Below, piece by piece: positions 9,351 to 19,439 of a stretch of DNA of 64,000 nt. The stretch is from an uncultured cyanobacterium. Lineage in GTDB: Bacteria; Cyanobacteriota; Cyanobacteriia; PCC-9006; JAAUQQ01. The notes under the pieces were generated by a model. It searched no databases and was not told where the DNA came from. It saw only the letters and a list, made by a program, of their open reading frames with translations. Made by a program: the position numbers and the translations under genes. The stretch's first letter is position 1, and every line of letters starts with the position of its first letter. The stretch is taken from positions 4,256,001-4,320,000 of the forward strand of contig OY970368.1 in the NCBI GenBank assembly GCA_963718615.1, in the 5' to 3' direction.

Positions 9351-9550
9351 GAGTCAAGTGCGAGCGAGCGCAGGGTGGCTACCGCGAAGGAGCAAATCTA
9401 GAGAGTGACACATGTTCACGTGAGGAGCTTTTTCGTAGCCTTTACAGTCAAAGCAAGCAGGACGGCAGTCTCCGCTACCGCTTCGGTCTCTGAACCGAAG
9501 TCTTGGTTCTGTCTGACGTTCTTGTGCATCCACCCAGTGCCCTACCACTC

Positions 9551-10855
9551 ATGAATCCAAAGCTGTTCCCCCCGGTCACCACCGCGACACCCGAATTTTC
9601 TACCGAGATTTCCCCCACGGACTCGGTATACCCCGAAACATCCCGCACAGGCTCGGTCGAAACAACCTTCGAACCCGCAACGACAGAATGGCAAGATCTG
9701 AGCGGCGTTTTTTCTCAGGAATTGGAAACGACGGTCCCCAATGCCAAGACAAGCGCTAGGGCCGTTGCCGGACGGATTGCCCGAGAGGTCCAGCGGATTT
9801 GCGAGAAGAGCGATCGCATCCAAATCTCTGGCGAAGTCCGTAGTTGGCAACTGTCCCTGGGCTACCATCGGTTGGAAAAATGCCTCAGCTACTATCGGCT
9901 GGGGTCTCACCGAGGCCGGATCGAACTGCACAGCACCCTCAGTACGATGGTGTACCGCCACATTGCACCGCTGAATCAACGGCTGGGGTTTCAGGGGCGT
10001 CACGCGTTGATTGAAGATTTTCTTCAAAGTTTTTATATCGAATCTCTAAAAATGTTCCGGCGGGAAAATGAACTTCCGGACGATTATCAACCGAAAACTC
10101 GATTAGAGCTGTCCGAGTACATGTCTTTTACGGAGCAGTATGCCAAGCGTCGGGTGAATTTGCCGGGACGGACGAATCAACAAATTATTATTTTGCGGGC
10201 GCAAAGTTTCTGCAATCGCCAGCCCAAAGAAACCCTGGTGGACATTGAAATGGCGCTGGAAGGACCCAAGCGGGAAGACTCTGAAGCCTCCTCAGGCCGC
10301 AGTGCCATTGCACGGCAGTTGCGGGAGCATATGGTGGCGGAGGGGCTGGATCCGACGGAAGGGGTGTTACGCGATCGCGTCATTGACCAACTGGTGGAAT
10401 ATTTGCGCGGAGAGGGGCACGAAGATTGTGTGGACTATCTCAGCCTACGTCTTCAGGATTTACCGGCTCCTGAAATCGATGAGATCCTAGGGCTGACCTC
10501 GCGGCAGCGAGATTATTTACAACAGCGGTTTAAGTACCATGTGGAACGCTTTGCCAAACTCCATCAGTGGGAGCTAGTGCACCATTGGTTGGGGGCGGGT
10601 TTAGTACAAAATCTGGGCATGACGCCCAGCCTCTGGGAGCGCTTCTATGGGGAACTGAACGGGGAGCAACGGCAGCTAGTCGATCTCAAGCAGCGTCAGG
10701 TTCGTGAGCAAGCCCAAGGTCTCGCCACGGGGTCCCTATCCGATGAGGAAATCGCCCGGACGGTGGGCTGCACCCCGAAGCAATTGCAAAAACGCTGGGC
10801 CAAATTGCTAGAGCTGGCCTGGAAGGCGCGGAATTTAGAGGAAGACAGAGGTTGA
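9551..10855 (+). CDS. hetZ: HetZ-related protein (putative DNA-binding regulator)
   Basis: GRIELHSTLS, LIEDFLQSFY, ELSEYMSFTEQYAKRR, LGLTSRQRDYLQQRFKYH, WELVHHWL; ORF is open from 9503. Confidence 0.8.
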   Translation: MNPKLFPPVTTATPEFSTEISPTDSVYPETSRTGSVETTFEPATTEWQDLSGVFSQELETTVPNAKTSARAVAGRIAREVQRICEKSDRIQISGEVRSWQLSLGYHRLEKCLSYYRLGSHRGRIELHSTLSTMVYRHIAPLNQRLGFQGRHALIEDFLQSFYIESLKMFRRENELPDDYQPKTRLELSEYMSFTEQYAKRRVNLPGRTNQQIIILRAQSFCNRQPKETLVDIEMALEGPKREDSEASSGRSAIARQLREHMVAEGLDPTEGVLRDRVIDQLVEYLRGEGHEDCVDYLSLRLQDLPAPEIDEILGLTSRQRDYLQQRFKYHVERFAKLHQWELVHHWLGAGLVQNLGMTPSLWERFYGELNGEQRQLVDLKQRQVREQAQGLATGSLSDEEIARTVGCTPKQLQKRWAKLLELAWKARNLEEDRG

Positions 10856-10969
10856 GACAAGAACGAGACAACAAGAGGAAACCCATGGAAGAGGATTGCC
10901 GTGATGACCGGCATTTGCGGGTCTTTGGCGTGTATACTCAGACGGCTTGGTCTATGTATCAGCCCATGA

Positions 10970-10998
10970 AAAGGGGTGAACGGGTGTTCGCCCCTTTA
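10970..10998 (+). terminator. Hairpin downstream of the hetZ-like gene
   Basis: AAAGGGGTGAAC/GTTCGCCCCTTT. Confidence 0.5.
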
Positions 10999-11097
10999 CT
11001 GTGTGTGGCGATCGCTAGACGCTGAATTGTTGTTGATTGATTCGGTATTGTCTTGTTTTTGTACTGTGGTGATCGTGTGAAGCAGGCTTGCCCATCC

Positions 11098-12390
11098 ATG
11101 CCTGATGTTTCTTTGCCCCCCTCAATTTTGGCTCAGTCTCCCTTAAGTCCAGACCGATGGCCGTTTAGCTTACGCTGGTTGCCCCAGGAAAGCTACTTGG
11201 TGGGGGGTGTGGTGCGGGATGTGCTGCTGGGCCGACAGGCGGATTACCTCGACCTCGATTTTGTCATGCCGGCGAACTCGGTGGAAACAGCGCGGGCGAT
11301 CGCCAAACATTACAATGCGGGCTTTGTGGTCTTGGATGGAGAGCGGCAGATTGCGCGGGTGGTGTTTGACCAAGCCACGGTGGATTTTGCACTTCAAGAG
11401 GGTCCGACCCTCGAACAGGATTTACGGCGACGGGATTTTACGGTCAATGCCATGGCCTATAACCCCCATACGCAAATTTTGGTGGACCCGCTGTCGGGCT
11501 ATACCGATCTCCAGCAGCACCAGTTGCGCATGGTGTCGCGGGAAAATTTGGCGGATGATCCGTTGCGGTTGTTACGGGCCTATCGACAGGCAGCCCAGCT
11601 CGGGTTTTCGATGGAGGCGGAAACGGCGATCGCCACCGCCCAACTGGCTCCCCGACTGGGCCAAGTGGCCGCAGAACGGGTCCAAAGTGAACTGAATACC
11701 TTACTCTCTAGCGCCAGTGGCACGACTTGGCTGTTGCGGGCCTGGGAAGCGGGGCTCCTCACGACTTGGCTCCCGAGCGCCAGCGCCGCCACCCTGGCTC
11801 AAGTGAAAGCCTTAGATACCTTGCTAGAACCGTTAAACCATTGCTGGCCCAAGCTGTTAGCGGAATTCCCGACACCTTCTAAACACAGTCTGGGAAAATT
11901 TGGCCCCCTCGCCTTGGCCAAGCTGATTGTGTTGACCGATGGGGATGCCATTCAGGCAGAGCGACAGCTGCAGCGCTTGAAATATAGTCGTCTGGAAGTC
12001 CGAGCCGCCGGAACGGTGCGTCGGCTGCAGCCGGATTTGGCTGAGCTCCCCCTCTCGATTCGCCAACGGTTCTTTTTGTTTCAATCCGTGGGCAATTTAT
12101 TTCCGCTGTTAGTGCTGAGTTGGCTCGTGAGTCAGGCGGATTTGGTCTGCTCCCCCAGTGCGCTGGAACAGGATGCGATCGCCCCCCTCGTTTACCATTT
12201 CCTCAATGCCCAGGACCCCGTCGCCCATCCTCACCCTTTGGTGGGCGGCAAGGATTTAATGCAGGCCCTCGATCTCAAATCGGGTCCCCATGTGGGTCGG
12301 TTGTTAACGGAATTGCAGGTAGTCCAGGCGGAAGGACAGATTCACACGCGGGAGGAGGCGATCGCCTGGGCCAAAGATTATTTGGGCTAG
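11098..12390 (+). CDS. tRNA nucleotidyltransferase (CCA/CC/A-adding)
   Basis: YLVGGVVRD, DLDF, DLRRRDFTVNAMA, DDPLRLLRAYR. Confidence 0.9.
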   Translation: MPDVSLPPSILAQSPLSPDRWPFSLRWLPQESYLVGGVVRDVLLGRQADYLDLDFVMPANSVETARAIAKHYNAGFVVLDGERQIARVVFDQATVDFALQEGPTLEQDLRRRDFTVNAMAYNPHTQILVDPLSGYTDLQQHQLRMVSRENLADDPLRLLRAYRQAAQLGFSMEAETAIATAQLAPRLGQVAAERVQSELNTLLSSASGTTWLLRAWEAGLLTTWLPSASAATLAQVKALDTLLEPLNHCWPKLLAEFPTPSKHSLGKFGPLALAKLIVLTDGDAIQAERQLQRLKYSRLEVRAAGTVRRLQPDLAELPLSIRQRFFLFQSVGNLFPLLVLSWLVSQADLVCSPSALEQDAIAPLVYHFLNAQDPVAHPHPLVGGKDLMQALDLKSGPHVGRLLTELQVVQAEGQIHTREEAIAWAKDYLG

Positions 12391-12455
12391 GATCAAAGGC
12401 ATCCCTCGGACTTAAAAAGCCCCGGTGGGACATCCCGTTTTTGAGAGGGAGACCT

Positions 12456-12950
12456 ATGCCGATGCAGCCCAATCTTCTGAGTGATCCATCCAACCCGGTC
12501 AACGGATCGCCTCAACCGAGCCCGTCACTTTACGATAGCGATTTTGTGGCTTGGGTCGAAGCCAATCTAGCTTGGCTCCAGCATCAAGCCTATGACCAAG
12601 TGGATTGGGAAAATTTGCTAGAGGAAATTGCAGATATGTCTCGGCGAGAGCGGCAGAGCCTGAAAAGCAATCTGACGATTGTTTTGCTGCATTTACTCAA
12701 ATGGCAGTTTCAGCCTGAGCGACGCAGTGGGAGTTGGCGGGGCAGTCTTCGGGAACATCGCGATCGCCTCGAAGATGCTCTCAAAGCCTCACCCAGCCTA
12801 GGTCCTTACGTCACTGAAATTGGGTCTGAAAGCTACGAACGGGCTCGGAAACGGGCTGCGGATGAAACGGGATTACCCTTGACCCTTTTCCCGGCAATCT
12901 GCCCCTATTCCCAGGAAGAGACTTTGGCAGAGGAGTTTTTACCCGATTGA
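12456..12950 (+). CDS. DUF29 family protein
   Basis: LYDSDFVAW, VDWENLLEEI, HLLKWQFQPERRSGSW, AADETGL, FP.ICPY. Confidence 0.9.
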   Translation: MPMQPNLLSDPSNPVNGSPQPSPSLYDSDFVAWVEANLAWLQHQAYDQVDWENLLEEIADMSRRERQSLKSNLTIVLLHLLKWQFQPERRSGSWRGSLREHRDRLEDALKASPSLGPYVTEIGSESYERARKRAADETGLPLTLFPAICPYSQEETLAEEFLPD

Positions 12951-12988
12951 CAACGTTGACCGCGACTCCCTCGAAAAATCTGACTCCG

Positions 12989-14353
12989 ATGCCGCTCAAT
13001 TCCCCGAAAATCATTGTTTTTGATGACGACCCCACCGGCTCCCAGACCGTCCACAGTTGTTTGCTCTTGCTGCAATGGGATGTGGAGACGCTACTTCAGG
13101 GGCTGCGGGATCCGGCCCCAATTTTTTTTGTTTTGGCAAATACGCGATCGCGTTCTCCCCAAGACGCCGCCCACCTCACCCGCCAACTTTGCCGCAACCT
13201 CAAACAGGCCCTAGCCCAATCTCCTTTGGACGAAATCCTGATCGTCAGCCGTTCCGACTCAACCCTACGGGGCCACTATCCCCTCGAAACCGATGGGATT
13301 GCCGAAGAACTCGGTCCCTTCGATGCTCATTTTTTGGCTCCTGCTTTTTTTGAAGGGGGACGACAAACCATCCATGGGATTCATGGCATCCGGCAAGGCG
13401 ATCGCTGGACGCCCGTTCACGAAACCGAATTTGCCCGCGACCCCAACTTTAGCTTTCACCACAGCTATTTGCCCGATTACGTTGCCGAGAAAACCCAAGG
13501 AAAAATTCCGGCGCACCAGGTTCAGCGGTTGACCTTGGCGGATTTGCGCGGGGATAGAGACCAACTCTGCGATCGCCTCCTCACCCTCCAAAACAATGCT
13601 TGCGTCGCCGTGGATGGGGAAACCCAGGCCGATTTCGATCGCCTTACCCAAGCCCTATTCCAAGCCACCCGCCGAGGCAAACGCTTTCTCTTCCGCAGCG
13701 CCGCCAGCCTCCTGACCTCCCTGGCCCAACTGCCACCGCAACCGATCCCTCCCGAAGACTTTCACCGGCTCAATCCTGAACAACGCCCTGGCCTCATTGT
13801 CATTGGGTCCTATACGGCGATCGCCACCCGTCAACTCAATCACCTCCTGCAAGAACCCGACGTCCTTGGCTTTGAACTCAATGTCGCCCGCTTGCAAAGT
13901 GAATCCCCAAACGACGCCCTTCAGCATTGGCAAAGCACCTTGCTGCAAGCGCTTCAGCAAACGCTGCGCCAGGGAAAAACGCCGGTACTTTATACCAGTC
14001 GCGAGGCGATCGCCCTGCCAAACGCGACCGATCAGCTCAACCTAGGCCATCAAGTTTCTATCTTCCTAGCGGCACTCATTCAACCGTTGATCCCCCAACT
14101 GGGCTTTTTGATTAGCAAAGGCGGCAACACCACCAACACCCTCCTCAGCCAAGCCCTCCAACTCCAAAGTGCGCGACTCTTGGGACAGATTCTAACGGGA
14201 GCCTGTATCGTACAGACGCCTGCAAATCATCCCCAGGCTGCCGCGCTTCCCCTGGTACTATTTCCTGGAAACCTAGGCCCAGACGAGGGTTTGGCGATCG
14301 CCCTTCGTCGCCTTTCACCCCGTCCTCAGCCTGTCCCTAGCCATGATTTGTAA
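12989..14353 (+). CDS. Four-carbon acid sugar kinase family protein (DUF1537-type)
   Basis: DDDPTGSQTVH, SRSDSTLRGHYPLE, PAFFEGGR, ISKGG, FPGNLG. Confidence 0.85.
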   Translation: MPLNSPKIIVFDDDPTGSQTVHSCLLLLQWDVETLLQGLRDPAPIFFVLANTRSRSPQDAAHLTRQLCRNLKQALAQSPLDEILIVSRSDSTLRGHYPLETDGIAEELGPFDAHFLAPAFFEGGRQTIHGIHGIRQGDRWTPVHETEFARDPNFSFHHSYLPDYVAEKTQGKIPAHQVQRLTLADLRGDRDQLCDRLLTLQNNACVAVDGETQADFDRLTQALFQATRRGKRFLFRSAASLLTSLAQLPPQPIPPEDFHRLNPEQRPGLIVIGSYTAIATRQLNHLLQEPDVLGFELNVARLQSESPNDALQHWQSTLLQALQQTLRQGKTPVLYTSREAIALPNATDQLNLGHQVSIFLAALIQPLIPQLGFLISKGGNTTNTLLSQALQLQSARLLGQILTGACIVQTPANHPQAAALPLVLFPGNLGPDEGLAIALRRLSPRPQPVPSHDL

Positions 14354-14372
14354 AGTTAAGTAACAGTGTGAC

Positions 14373-14421
14373 GTCAAAACGCTATGCCATCTTGACAGCC
14401 TCAAGGCAGGGTCGATATAGT
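14373..14421 (+). promoter_or_regulatory. Putative promoter/operator of the ycf46 operon
   Basis: TTGACA (14392)-N18-TATAGT (14416); overlapping inverted repeats GTCAA..TTGAC and CTTGA..TCAAG. Confidence 0.5.
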
Positions 14422-14456
14422 ACGATGCATACCCGGGTAAACCATTGAAAAGTCCC

Positions 14457-14831
14457 ATGCAAGATAAGCAGAAATCCACGCTATACCTGCCTCCAGAGCT
14501 GCATCGCAAACTTAAAATCCGGGCTGCCGTGGAGACTCAGCCCATGTCTGTGATTGCAGAGCGCGCGATTCACTTCTATCTGTCTCACCCCGAGGTTGTT
14601 GATCAGGTTGAAGAAGAACAGGGGCATGTCCATCAGGTCTATATTTGTCCGGAATGTTCAACCTCCACGGTTATTCGCGACGGAAATTTAGTTTCCTTGC
14701 GAGACCAGCCAGGTGTGCTTCTAGACGATGAACTTCCCTCCGCTAGTTTCGTGGGTGCGAGTTCGGAAGATAGCTCAGACGTTGGTGATGCTGAATCCGA
14801 CCTCGACCGTCAGCTTCTAGTGCCCTGCTAG
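14457..14831 (+). CDS. Small ribbon-helix-helix-like protein with CxxC motif, first gene of the ycf46 operon
   Basis: KQKSTLYLPPELHRKLKIRAA, HQVYICPEC. Confidence 0.75.
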   Translation: MQDKQKSTLYLPPELHRKLKIRAAVETQPMSVIAERAIHFYLSHPEVVDQVEEEQGHVHQVYICPECSTSTVIRDGNLVSLRDQPGVLLDDELPSASFVGASSEDSSDVGDAESDLDRQLLVPC

Positions 14832-14905
14832 GGTTGCGGTCAATTGCTTCCGCGTTTCTTTCAGTTTTGGTTCCATGTCACTTTCGGGTTGATCGGTCTA
14901 ATGCA

Positions 14906-16417
14906 ATGAAGGAAGAACTCAACGTACTGCTGCAAGCCGAGTATCCCCTGATCTACCTGGTTACCCATGAGGAAGTGCGGGCTGAGCGGGCGATCGCCTC
15001 TATCGTTCAGCAAGAGCGCCAAAGCCGCCGCATCTTTATCTGGAGTTTGACCTACGGGTTCTCCGAATATGGTCAGCCTCCCAATACGGGTCATCAGAGT
15101 ACGGTTGCTCCGGAAGCTGCGATTCGTTGGGTCATGGATCGGCGTGAACCAGGCGTGTTTATCATTAAGGATCTACACCCCTTTCTAGAGTCTGCTCCAG
15201 TGATTCGGTTGTTGCGGGATGCGATCGCCAGCTTCCGCGATACCCAAAAGTCCATCATTTTGATGTCTCCGGTTCAACAGGTCCCCATCGAGCTTGAAAA
15301 GGAAATCGTCCTTATGGACTTTCCACTGCCCGACCTGGCTGAGTTGAATCAAGTCTTAACTCGCAAGTTAGAGCGAACCCGGAGTCGTCCCATTGACGAC
15401 ACCACTCGGGAAAAACTGCTCAAGGCTGCATTGGGGTTAACTCGGGATGAAGCCGAAAAGGTTTACCGCAAAGCCTTCGTGATGCGCGGTCGTCTGACAG
15501 AGGACGAAGTCGATGTCATCCTTTCCGAAAAGCGATGGCTCATTCGTCGCAATGGCATCCTCGAATATATTGAAGAGGATGCCACCCTAGATGCAGTGGG
15601 TGGTCTGGATGAGCTGAAGCATTGGTTGCGACAGCGCTCCGACGCCTTCACCGAGCGCGCCCGAGATTATGGCCTTCCCCAGCCTAAAGGAATGCTAATT
15701 CTAGGGGTTCCAGGTTGTGGCAAATCCTTAATTGCGAAGACTACCTCTCGTCTGTGGGGCATGCCGCTGTTAAGGCTCGATATGGGCCGGGTCTACGATG
15801 GTTCCATGGTAGGTCGCTCCGAGGCCAACCTCCGGAATGCCCTCAAAACTGCCGAATCCATTTCCCCCGCAATTCTATTTATTGACGAATTAGATAAAGC
15901 CTTTGCTGGCGGGACAGGGTCTGCGGATTCCGATGGGGGCACTTCTAGCCGCATTTTTGGTTCATTCTTGACCTGGATGCAGGAAAAAACCTCACCCGTC
16001 TTCGTCATGGCAACCGCCAACCGTGTTGAGCGCCTTCCCAGTGAGTTCCTACGCAAAGGCCGGTTCGATGAAATTTTCTTTGTCGATCTCCCCACCCCCG
16101 AAGAGAGAAGCGACATCTTCCGGATTCACCTGCAAAAACGTGACCGTGATGTTGAGCGCTTTGACCTTGAGCAATTAGCCAAGGTTTCTGAGGGCTTCTC
16201 TGGGGCCGAGATTGAACAAGCATTAATTGCCGCGATGTACGATGCGTTTGCCCAAGGTCGAGAGTTTACACAGCTCGACATTATCGCAGCAACAAGGGCA
16301 ACGCTCCCCCTGTCCAAGACCATGAGCGAGCAAGTCTCGGCTCTGAGAGATTGGGCTAGACAGCGGGCTCGTCCTGCGGCATCCTCCGTCGCTGAATATC
16401 AGCGTCTGGAGTTCTAA
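14906..16417 (+). CDS. ycf46: Ycf46-family AAA ATPase
   Basis: GVPGCGKS Walker A, ILFIDELDK Walker B, LRKGRFDEIFFVDLP. Confidence 0.9.
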   Translation: MKEELNVLLQAEYPLIYLVTHEEVRAERAIASIVQQERQSRRIFIWSLTYGFSEYGQPPNTGHQSTVAPEAAIRWVMDRREPGVFIIKDLHPFLESAPVIRLLRDAIASFRDTQKSIILMSPVQQVPIELEKEIVLMDFPLPDLAELNQVLTRKLERTRSRPIDDTTREKLLKAALGLTRDEAEKVYRKAFVMRGRLTEDEVDVILSEKRWLIRRNGILEYIEEDATLDAVGGLDELKHWLRQRSDAFTERARDYGLPQPKGMLILGVPGCGKSLIAKTTSRLWGMPLLRLDMGRVYDGSMVGRSEANLRNALKTAESISPAILFIDELDKAFAGGTGSADSDGGTSSRIFGSFLTWMQEKTSPVFVMATANRVERLPSEFLRKGRFDEIFFVDLPTPEERSDIFRIHLQKRDRDVERFDLEQLAKVSEGFSGAEIEQALIAAMYDAFAQGREFTQLDIIAATRATLPLSKTMSEQVSALRDWARQRARPAASSVAEYQRLEF

Positions 16418-16574
16418 GGCTTTCCCTGCTGATCCCAACAGGGGGAAAGGTTGGCGTTCGATTGGCCGACACGCCAGCTACCCATCTAGCCAGTCTGTGG
16501 CAAGGCTGATTGCTAGAGATCTACTACACATCACAAACTGTCGTTTCTCAATCCCTAAATCGGAGGAAATTCCA

Positions 16575-16925
16575 ATGTCCCACTTCAGCACCCTACGCAC
16601 CAAAATCGCCGACGCTGAGATTCTGACCAATTCTCTCCGTGACCTCGGTATTTCCGTTAAAACCAATGCGGATGTTCGGGGCTACAACGGTCAGCAAGTT
16701 CGGGCTGATATTGTTGCCATGCTTGAAGGCGATTATGACCTCGGCTGGTCCCGCAATGCAGACGGCTCCTTTGATCTGATTGCAGATCTCTGGGGTGTTG
16801 CGAAAAAGCACAACCAAACCGAGCTCATCAACTCGATCAACCAAAAGTATGCCGTGAATAAGACGCTTGCAGAGGTTAAGCGTCCCGGTCTCCAGAATGC
16901 CAACGTTAAGTTGGTTGTCCAGTAG
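16575..16925 (+). CDS. ycf35: DUF1257 / Ycf35 family protein
   Basis: MSHFSTLRTKI, VRGYNGQ, DLIADLWG. Confidence 0.85.
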   Translation: MSHFSTLRTKIADAEILTNSLRDLGISVKTNADVRGYNGQQVRADIVAMLEGDYDLGWSRNADGSFDLIADLWGVAKKHNQTELINSINQKYAVNKTLAEVKRPGLQNANVKLVVQ

Positions 16926-16947
16926 ACTCTCCGCGCGTTCCCAAGCT

Positions 16948-16983
16948 AGCGGGCTAGTTCTTCGGATGCTAGTCCGCTTTCTT
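16948..16983 (+). terminator. Intrinsic terminator of the ycf46-ycf35 operon
   Basis: AGCGGGCTAG/CTAGTCCGCT stem plus T-rich tail. Confidence 0.65.
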
Positions 16984-17085
16984 GCGTTAATTTCGGCAGA
17001 TGTACTGCGGGTAGACCCACAGGAACGTATTATCCTTGAGGAACGTTAATACCCACGTTCCGCCGACGCGCGACTGTCCTGATTC

Positions 17086-17772
17086 ATGCAAACTGAAGCA
17101 ATCAGTGAGATCTCACCGCTGTTTCGGGCGGCAAATCCTCGAACGCTAGAGTGGCTTCTTCCGAATACTGTTGAACATGAGTATCCACCGAACCGAGCGG
17201 TTTTGATGGAAGACTCCTGGGGCAATGCAGTCTACTTCATTCTCTCAGGCTGGGTGAAGGTTCGGCGCTTAGCGGGAGATCAAGCAGTCACCATTGCTGT
17301 TTTGGGCAAGGGTGAAGTTTTTGGCGAAATGGCGGTGCTGGATGAGTCCCCCCGCTCGACGGATGTGGTCTCTCTCTCGTCGGTTAAGGTACTGAGTATC
17401 TCGGCTCCTAATTTTATTCAAACTCTATTGACTGATCCCCAGATGCAATATCGCATGTTGCAAATGATGGGGACTCGGCTCAAGCAGATGAATCTCAGAT
17501 TTCAGCTTCGAGATCAATCGCCTGTCAAACGCTTAGCAAGTACGCTGACCGATTTGGGCAAGAAGTACGGAACGTCTCTTGAAAAGGGGGGCGTTGAGAT
17601 TTTTAATGTGCCCTTCACGGATTTAGCAAATATTAGCGATATCAGTGTGGAGGATACTGCCAAAATCATGGGGAAGCTGAATGAGCGGGGCTGGATTCGG
17701 ATTGAGAGCGATCGCCAATCCCTACAAATCCCCGGCTTTCAGCAGCTCCAGAAAATGCTAGAGCTGCTTTAA
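17086..17772 (+). CDS. Crp/Fnr family transcriptional regulator
   Basis: cNMP-binding FGEMAVLDESPRST and a C-terminal HTH. Confidence 0.88.
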   Translation: MQTEAISEISPLFRAANPRTLEWLLPNTVEHEYPPNRAVLMEDSWGNAVYFILSGWVKVRRLAGDQAVTIAVLGKGEVFGEMAVLDESPRSTDVVSLSSVKVLSISAPNFIQTLLTDPQMQYRMLQMMGTRLKQMNLRFQLRDQSPVKRLASTLTDLGKKYGTSLEKGGVEIFNVPFTDLANISDISVEDTAKIMGKLNERGWIRIESDRQSLQIPGFQQLQKMLELL

Positions 17773-17855
17773 CGGTTCTTGTCTTGGATGTTCAGAGGAC
17801 TTAGATGTTCAGAGGATCAGTGGTATTTCTCTTGATTTGCCATCAGAGCCTTGGG

Positions 17856-18392
17856 CTATTCCGGTAAAACCCGGACTCCAATGACGCTGCCTTTGAAGTT
17901 GTAGGTTGCTCCTTCTAGCTCCAGACCAGTGCCAATTTTGAGTTTGCTGTTGCCCAGGACAACCTCGCCGTCATTGATTTGGGCTTTCCCTCCCAGTTTG
18001 ATCAGCATATCAGTGCTATAGCGCAGCTCAGGACGGGGATCGGGCAGGGCTTTAACGCTGCCATCGGGCTGAGGGACTGCAACCGTTCGAGACGAGGGGG
18101 CAACACTCAGGACATCCACTTCCCCGTAGGGCTGATTGCGAATAATGACTTGGGTCTTTTTCTCTTTGAGGAACTCGCTCATGAGTGCTTCTGGATTGGC
18201 GACGCTCAGGCCCCGAACCAGCAGATCAACTTCAACGGGCTTGGTTACCACCCCAACCTGAGCCACGGAAGACCCTGTTGTGCCAGGGAAGAGAAAGATC
18301 CCGGCCAAGACCATGGTAATCACCAGACCTGCGCCCAGGTCAAGCAGGCTGACCTTGCCAAATAGGCGACCCTTCGAATCGAGAATAGCCAT
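17856..18392 (-). CDS. DUF4330 family protein
   Basis: MAILDSKGRLFGKVSLLD, IIRNQPYG, VPQPDGSVKALPDPRP. Confidence 0.75.
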   Translation of the reverse strand: MAILDSKGRLFGKVSLLDLGAGLVITMVLAGIFLFPGTTGSSVAQVGVVTKPVEVDLLVRGLSVANPEALMSEFLKEKKTQVIIRNQPYGEVDVLSVAPSSRTVAVPQPDGSVKALPDPRPELRYSTDMLIKLGGKAQINDGEVVLGNSKLKIGTGLELEGATYNFKGSVIGVRVLPE

Positions 18393-18500
18393 CTCTTTAG
18401 CCAAATCACAATCTGGCGGTAACGGTTGATGCTGATGAATTTTACAGGGCTGAGGGCCACTGGCTCAAAATATTGCGAACGGATTGCTGGATAATCCGGC

Positions 18501-19439
18501 ATGGGCACATTGCAACCTGCCCATACGTCTGATCAAAATATCGCTTCAACCCTGATGGCTATGAAATACGGTTCTTCCCTTCGGCCTTGGCGTCGCCGTC
18601 CTTCTCGACTCCTAATCTATCCGCTGCTGGGGATTTTGCTCTCCATGGGCCTTTGGATGGGGCAGGCTCCCCCAGCCCAAGCCTTGAGCTGGTGGGATTT
18701 GATTCGAGGCGGCGTGCAGATTTTTCAAGGGGTGCAGCTTTCCAATCTCTCCGATGAGGACGAGATGAAATTAGGGGCTCAGATTAACGATGAGCTGGTT
18801 AAGAAAGAATTTAAGCTTTACAAGGACTCTCCGGCGATCGCCGAATACGTCAACCAAGTCGGGCAGCGGGTGGCGCAGCAAAGCCAGCGTTCAAAGCTAA
18901 CATACCGTTTTCAAGTGGTCCAAGACGATGCGATTAATGCCTTTGCCACTGCCGGTGGCTATGTCTATGTCACCACTGGCCTTCTGCAAACCGCAGACAA
19001 TGAAGCTGAGCTGGCTAGTGTCCTAGGCCATGAAGTGGGTCATGTGGAGGGCCGACATCTGATTAATTCCATGAGCCGAGAAGCTTGGCGACGGGGTTTG
19101 ATGACCGCAGCAGGCATTGACCGCAGTCAGGCGGTTCAGTTGGGCGTTGAGCTGGCGATGCGTCGTCCGGGTAGCCGCGAAAATGAATTCGATGCCGATT
19201 TGCGCGGGCTGCGTATTCTGCAAGGGGCGAACTATGCCCAAGAGGCAATGGTTTCCTTTATGAAAAAGCTCCAGGCCAAGTCGACCGGAGCCCCGCCTAG
19301 CTTTTTGAGCACCCACCCGGCTACGGGCGATCGCGTGCGTGCCCTAGAGCGAAATCTTTCTCCCACAGCGAGTGGCACCGATGGCCTAGATACAGCCAGC
19401 TATCAACAGAAAACCCAGGCGCTGCAAAAATCCCGTTAG
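18501..19439 (+). CDS. M48 family zinc metallopeptidase
   Basis: INAFATAGG, LGHEVGH, SRENEFDAD, FLSTHP; true start is probably 18555 or 18561. Confidence 0.9.
   Translation: MGTLQPAHTSDQNIASTLMAMKYGSSLRPWRRRPSRLLIYPLLGILLSMGLWMGQAPPAQALSWWDLIRGGVQIFQGVQLSNLSDEDEMKLGAQINDELVKKEFKLYKDSPAIAEYVNQVGQRVAQQSQRSKLTYRFQVVQDDAINAFATAGGYVYVTTGLLQTADNEAELASVLGHEVGHVEGRHLINSMSREAWRRGLMTAAGIDRSQAVQLGVELAMRRPGSRENEFDADLRGLRILQGANYAQEAMVSFMKKLQAKSTGAPPSFLSTHPATGDRVRALERNLSPTASGTDGLDTASYQQKTQALQKSR

Noticed and set aside
12120-12455. N-terminal extension of the DUF29 ORF
   Set aside because: Overlaps the nucleotidyltransferase gene; DUF29 similarity starts only after ATG 12456, which has a purine-rich RBS.
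14906-16417. Second AAA ATPase as a defence system
   Set aside because: It matches the conserved ycf46-ycf35 housekeeping operon and has host-like composition.
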